From the NCBI GenBank assembly GCA_964434365.1, contig CAYSVE010000001.1:4013-62629 (forward strand): DNA of 58,617 nt, in the 5' to 3' direction. Positions 54,789 through 58,617 of the stretch are shown here, one piece after another. Position numbers and translations under genes: made by a program. Positions within the stretch are counted from its first letter, which is position 1; the number at the start of each line of letters is the position of its first letter. Origin of the DNA: an uncultured Anaerolineaceae bacterium (GTDB lineage Bacteria; Chloroflexota; Anaerolineae; Aggregatilineales; Phototrophicaceae). The notes beneath the pieces are model-generated. The model saw only the letters and a program-made list of their open reading frames with translations, had not been told where the DNA came from and did not search any database.

Positions 54789-55209
54789 TGGCAAAGCTGG
54801 CAATCACATGATACTGGTGTGCCACGCTTCCGCCGGTGAGGATGCGCGGCCCGCAGCGAACCCACGCGTGGGCCTCCAGTGTTTCGTGTTTGCGCACACC
54901 CAGGTACAACGTGCTCGCGATGCGGTAGCGCCGCAGCATCCACTGCGCTGCGACAGCCTGCTCGAGGCAGGTGGGTTGCCACGGCAGCCGGGCACGATGC
55001 ACCGCGTAGCTCACTGCGTCCACTGTCGGCAGGTCGTCGGCAGCGACGGTGTGGCCTGTTTCGTGTTGGAGTTGGCCCAGGTAGGGTGCCCACCAGCGGA
55101 AGGGGATCAGGTGCAGCCCGCGCACGACGACCATGTAGACTGCTGCTCGCACCGTTAGCCGACGGACCCACGACCACCGCGCCCTAAACAACGTCGATAA
55201 GCTGTTCAT
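54781..55209 (-). CDS. Lasso peptide biosynthesis B2 protein (transglutaminase-like protease)
   Basis: The start was moved to ATG 55209 (MNSLSTLFRARW). It has PTCLEQAVAAQWML...LEAHAWV, which is the Cys/His signature of B2 proteins. Confidence 0.8.
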   Translation of the reverse strand: MNSLSTLFRARWSWVRRLTVRAAVYMVVVRGLHLIPFRWWAPYLGQLQHETGHTVAADDLPTVDAVSYAVHRARLPWQPTCLEQAVAAQWMLRRYRIASTLYLGVRKHETLEAHAWVRCGPRILTGGSVAHQYHVIASFAND

Positions 55210-55465
55210 CTTGCAGTTGGCCCAGAAATTCCAGAACATCCTGCTGGCAGGTGGGTTCGTCGATGTCGAATTCCTCAAGCAGGGCCTGGCACACCTCGCG
55301 GATTTGAATGGGGCTTTCGATGAGTGTCCAAATCCGGCTGCCGACGATCTCGGTACCGTAATATTTGCCCCGCTCGATGCTGAGCATCACGACATCGCCG
55401 TCCACCTCGCGGGTGATGAGCTGAGCACTACGCACGATGGTCTGGTCCAACGTGAGATGGGTCAT
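55184..55465 (-). CDS. PqqD-family RiPP recognition element (lasso B1)
   Basis: The start was moved to ATG 55465 (ATGA overlap with the sulfotransferase stop). It has ...REVDGDVVMLSIERGKYYGTEIVGSRIW..., the PqqD pattern. It is 93 aa long. Confidence 0.8.
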   Translation of the reverse strand: MTHLTLDQTIVRSAQLITREVDGDVVMLSIERGKYYGTEIVGSRIWTLIESPIQIREVCQALLEEFDIDEPTCQQDVLEFLGQLQDEQLIDVV

Positions 55466-56310
55466 GGGGTGTCCACCACTTCCTCGTAACCATAAAAGCA
55501 CATCATAGGGCCGAGCGCCGTTGTAATCCGCACGATTTGTTCGTTGCTCAGTACGGCGTGCCCCTGGCCTACCTGCCCACTGTTGAAAAAAAACTCGCTG
55601 GACGCAGGCCGTTCGCTGAAACCATGCGCGGCTTCCTGTTGCTTAAGCTGCTCGAAGCTAGAAAACGCGATCGCTCGGTCTACCTGTTCCGCATCGGGTT
55701 CGATGCCCACGAAGCGAAGGGCTTCGGTGAATGTTGCGTGGGGGGCGGTGTGCATATCCTCGTAGCGCACCACATGAACCGGCAAACCGGAGTCTTCCAC
55801 CCAGCTTTTCACATGTTTATCCCACGAGTACAAACGCTGTTGCAATTGGGGGGTGTGTCGGTGTGGCCGCACACCGAGGACGTAATCCTCATTGAGCAAG
55901 GTGTTAATGGCGACATCGAGCGAGGACCCATTATGGTTGGCCATCGATGGCACGATATCCAGCGGGTTGCGAATAATGTAGATAACCCCGGCGGTCGCCT
56001 CGGCGGGGATGAGGGGGGCACCGTTGGGTAGGTGATGATAGGCATCGTGTATTTTGCAAAAGGGTAAAAACTCCCCGGCATCGGCAAAGCGCCGATACAC
56101 CGCCGGGCGATACGCGTTTGCCTCGGCGGGGGTTAAATTTGCCGATTCGACGCCGGTGTATTCATCGAAAATCTGGCGAGAACTCGCGATGGGGGTGCGC
56201 TCCAACGCATTGATGTTCACCGGGGTGTCGGCGTTGCGCCAGTAGTTGTTCAAAAAAATGCGCAACCACGTATTGCCAGACTTCGGGTAGGACGCCAGCC
56301 AGGTAATCAT
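55462..56310 (-). CDS. Sulfotransferase
   Basis: ASYPKSGNTWLR 5'-PSB loop and IIRNPLDIVPS 3'-PB motif. It has an ATGA overlap with the kinase stop. Confidence 0.85.
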   Translation of the reverse strand: MITWLASYPKSGNTWLRIFLNNYWRNADTPVNINALERTPIASSRQIFDEYTGVESANLTPAEANAYRPAVYRRFADAGEFLPFCKIHDAYHHLPNGAPLIPAEATAGVIYIIRNPLDIVPSMANHNGSSLDVAINTLLNEDYVLGVRPHRHTPQLQQRLYSWDKHVKSWVEDSGLPVHVVRYEDMHTAPHATFTEALRFVGIEPDAEQVDRAIAFSSFEQLKQQEAAHGFSERPASSEFFFNSGQVGQGHAVLSNEQIVRITTALGPMMCFYGYEEVVDTP

Positions 56311-57203
56311 ACGAAATCCGCTTCCACCGCGTCCAGCAGGTCACTCAGCATAAACGGTTGTATGGGCCGCTCTACACGTCGATACAGCACATCCCCGATG
56401 GCCCGCGTGATACCCATCATCACCGGGCGTTCCATTTCTTCGGCAAAGCGCGCCCGGTAAATGCGATTGCGCAGCGACAGCACCTTCGTCAGCCCCGTGA
56501 TGGTGGTCACCTTGATCGTTTTCGTGTTGGTGGGCAGCAGGGCATACACCCGGTAGAGCGGTTGCGCTTGGGTCTCGAAGGCGGTTACGGGGAGGCTGTA
56601 TTTTTCCAGTTGAGGCCGGACGCGTTGCAGGTTTTCGGTGTCCATCGCCATCTCACCGAGGGCCTCCGCCCACAGCTTGAGCTGCGGGTAACCGGGCACG
56701 ACGAAGGCGTTTCCGGTTTCATCGAAGGTGATGACGCTGATGTCATCGCTTAGCAGGGGGTAGCCCCGCTCGATGAACCCCGCCGCCGTCGTCGATTTGC
56801 CCGCGCCCGAAGCCCCGGCGAAGATCACAGCGCCGTGTGGGGTGGCGATGCTGCTGCCGTGGATGGGAAGTAGGCCCCGCTGATGCAACAACGCCCCAAA
56901 TGCCGACCCCATCAGAAATAGCCGCACGCTGTCTTTATCGACCAAGGGCATAGCGCGTTGGATGGCGATGTGGCGTCCATTGTGGACGTGGTACCGGGCG
57001 ATGCCGTCTACGCGTAGCAGAAATTCGTTTGCCGAAATATCGTACAGGACCCCCCTGGCTGTTGGGGCCGCGAGGGTCGATGGCACCACCCCTTCATCGA
57101 TCGTTACATCGGCCTGGGCCGATGTCGACGAAATGAACGCCGGTAACGGGATGCTCGAAGCAATCGTGAGGTTGAAGGCAGTGTAGCGATGAGGCGTGTT
57201 CAC
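56307..57203 (-). CDS. HprK-related kinase (lasso-precursor kinase type)
   Basis: GASGAGKSTTA P-loop followed by RGYPLLSDD, as in the HPr kinase C-terminal domain. The GTG start lies 3 nt after the DprE2-like stop. Confidence 0.8.
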   Translation of the reverse strand: MNTPHRYTAFNLTIASSIPLPAFISSTSAQADVTIDEGVVPSTLAAPTARGVLYDISANEFLLRVDGIARYHVHNGRHIAIQRAMPLVDKDSVRLFLMGSAFGALLHQRGLLPIHGSSIATPHGAVIFAGASGAGKSTTAAGFIERGYPLLSDDISVITFDETGNAFVVPGYPQLKLWAEALGEMAMDTENLQRVRPQLEKYSLPVTAFETQAQPLYRVYALLPTNTKTIKVTTITGLTKVLSLRNRIYRARFAEEMERPVMMGITRAIGDVLYRRVERPIQPFMLSDLLDAVEADFV

Positions 57204-57206
57204 AAC

Positions 57207-57944
57207 CTAGAGCTTCAGCCTCTTAAAGACAGGTTCGGGGATAAGGCGAATGATCCACATGATGTAACGCCAGAAGAACGGCACGTAAATCACATCGCGC
57301 CCGGCCTTCATCGCATCATAGATCGACTTGCCAACATCTGCCGCGCTGGCGAAAAGCGCGTTCTTGGGCAGGTGAGCCGTCATCGGGGTATCGACGAAAC
57401 CGGGCTTCACCGTGAGGACCTGCACCCCGGCTTTGGCTAGCCGGTTGCGCACCCCGCTCACGAATGCCGTGCGTGCGGCCATCGCCGTGCCGTAGACGTA
57501 ATTGCTGCCCCGGCCCCGGTCGCCCGCGACCGACGAAATCACCGTGATGACGCCGCGCCGCTGGGCTTCGAACTCGTTCGCGGCGATCGTCAGCAGCGAG
57601 GCCACACTCATGAAGTTCGTGTCGAGCGATTGCTTCGTTGCGGCGTAGGTGGCTTGCGCCGCCGCCTGATCCGTCAGATCGCCGTGCGCGATGATGAGAT
57701 TATCGAGTCCATCGAGCGCAGTTTTGGCCGCATCGAACATCGCCGCGTGTGCGTCGACATCGTTGGCATCCATCACATGAATGTGGGCGGCCTTCGCCCC
57801 ACGCGCCAGCAAATCGTCGCGCACAGCGTTGAGTTTGGCCTCGGTGCGGCCCACGAGGAAGAACGCGCCACCATCTGCGGCGAACAGGCGGGCTGTTTCG
57901 TGGGCGATGGCCGAACTCGCCCCGACAATGACAAATTTGAGCAT
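57207..57944 (-). CDS. DprE2-like SDR (decaprenylphospho-2-keto-ribose reductase homologue)
   Basis: The start was moved to ATG 57944 (MLKFVIVGASSAIA). ISSVAGDRGRGSNYVYG and the C-terminal FWRYIMWIIRLIPEPVFKRLKL resemble my memory of Mtb Rv3791. Lys of YxxxK is replaced by Met. Confidence 0.75.
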   Translation of the reverse strand: MLKFVIVGASSAIAHETARLFAADGGAFFLVGRTEAKLNAVRDDLLARGAKAAHIHVMDANDVDAHAAMFDAAKTALDGLDNLIIAHGDLTDQAAAQATYAATKQSLDTNFMSVASLLTIAANEFEAQRRGVITVISSVAGDRGRGSNYVYGTAMAARTAFVSGVRNRLAKAGVQVLTVKPGFVDTPMTAHLPKNALFASAADVGKSIYDAMKAGRDVIYVPFFWRYIMWIIRLIPEPVFKRLKL

Positions 57945-57946
57945 GG

Positions 57947-58617
57947 TTACCCCATGACCCGCCGCCAGAACGACGACGAGAACTTCGGATCGATAAACTT
58001 GGAAAACTCCTCCCAGCGCGGGTAGCTGCACCGGAAGCCCTCCGGCGACATGCGCGCATCCTTGGCCGGGTAAAGCGCGCCGCCGTTCGCAAACACAATT
58101 TCGTCCAGTTCGTCCAGCAAGCGCAGCGTGGCCGGGCCGTTATACGCGAAATCGAGCGCCAGCGTGACCCCAGGCCGTGGGAAGGACAGCATCCCCGGCG
58201 ACTCGATCTCGCCGAAGGTTTTGAACACCACCAGCGGCGACGCCTGCCCGCTTTCCACGATGCGGCGCAACACCGCCTTGATGGGTGTGTAGGGGGCTTC
58301 GTAGGGCATCACAAACTGGTATTGCAAAAAGCCGCGCTTACCGTAGCCCCGATTCCAGTTGGAAAGCACATCTAATGGATAGAAGAACGGCTCGTAGTGC
58401 GTAACTGCCCGCACCTCGGGGAAAATTTGCTTGCGAAAGTACAACTCGTTGAGAACACGCACCGTGAACGGGTTCAGGGTAAAGTCGGGGAAATCGACCG
58501 GGACCGGGATTTGCGGCAGCGGCTTGGTTTCCTCTGCGCCACCGAGCGGGGGGTCGTAGAAGTCGCCGCGGCCAAATACCCCGCGCCCGAAGGTACGCCC
58601 ACTGGCCGTGCAGTCCA
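57947..58617 (-). CDS. DprE1-like FAD-dependent oxidoreductase, C-terminal part (5' end outside window)
   Basis: The frame is open to the window edge. ...FLQYQFVMPYEA..., PGVTLALDFA and GGALYPAKDARMS match my memory of the DprE1/ALO C-terminal domain. Confidence 0.75.
   Translation of the reverse strand, partial: DCTASGRTFGRGVFGRGDFYDPPLGGAEETKPLPQIPVPVDFPDFTLNPFTVRVLNELYFRKQIFPEVRAVTHYEPFFYPLDVLSNWNRGYGKRGFLQYQFVMPYEAPYTPIKAVLRRIVESGQASPLVVFKTFGEIESPGMLSFPRPGVTLALDFAYNGPATLRLLDELDEIVFANGGALYPAKDARMSPEGFRCSYPRWEEFSKFIDPKFSSSFWRRVMG

Overview
GC-rich bacterial DNA. The protein repertoire gives a Chloroflexota-like impression only, with no marker gene to prove it. I support about 55 CDS and recognised no rRNA, tRNA or CRISPR. 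All calls rest on reading the translated ORFs for family motifs and on hand inspection of junctions and repeats; nothing was searched or computed. Many long ORFs in the track are off-frame or antisense artefacts of high GC.

The window falls into three blocks.

(1) 1-21.4 kb, envelope and glycan genes. These include an MFS transporter, GNAT, FkbM methyltransferase, SDR, two sulfotransferases and a tyrosine recombinase. There is also a CapD/PglF-type dehydratase, a UDP-sugar 4-epimerase with a UDP-sugar 6-dehydrogenase, a GT47-like transferase and a 715-aa GT-C-like membrane protein. An operon of secreted proteins contains a diverged paralogue pair.

(2) 21.4-37.0 kb, accessory and mobile-looking block:
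- a two-gene HNH cassette sitting between two copies of the 3' end of a 986-aa beta-CASP/MBL nuclease gene
- a possible replication-initiator-like protein next to iteron-like repeats
- a CAP+LysM protein, an AI-2E transporter, a GAF histidine kinase and a TetR regulator
- a ParA partition pair

(3) 37.1-58.6 kb, a large glycan assembly and tailoring locus. It carries an AsnB-like enzyme, four GT4, one GT2, a PaaK/CapK-like ligase, FkbM, MBOAT and four further sulfotransferases (six in the window).

The locus ends in a tightly chained minus-strand operon: DprE1-like, DprE2-like, HprK-related kinase, sulfotransferase, PqqD/B1, B2 protease, lasso-cyclase-like AsnB. No precursor peptide or exporter is visible. 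This operon is the most interesting candidate system.
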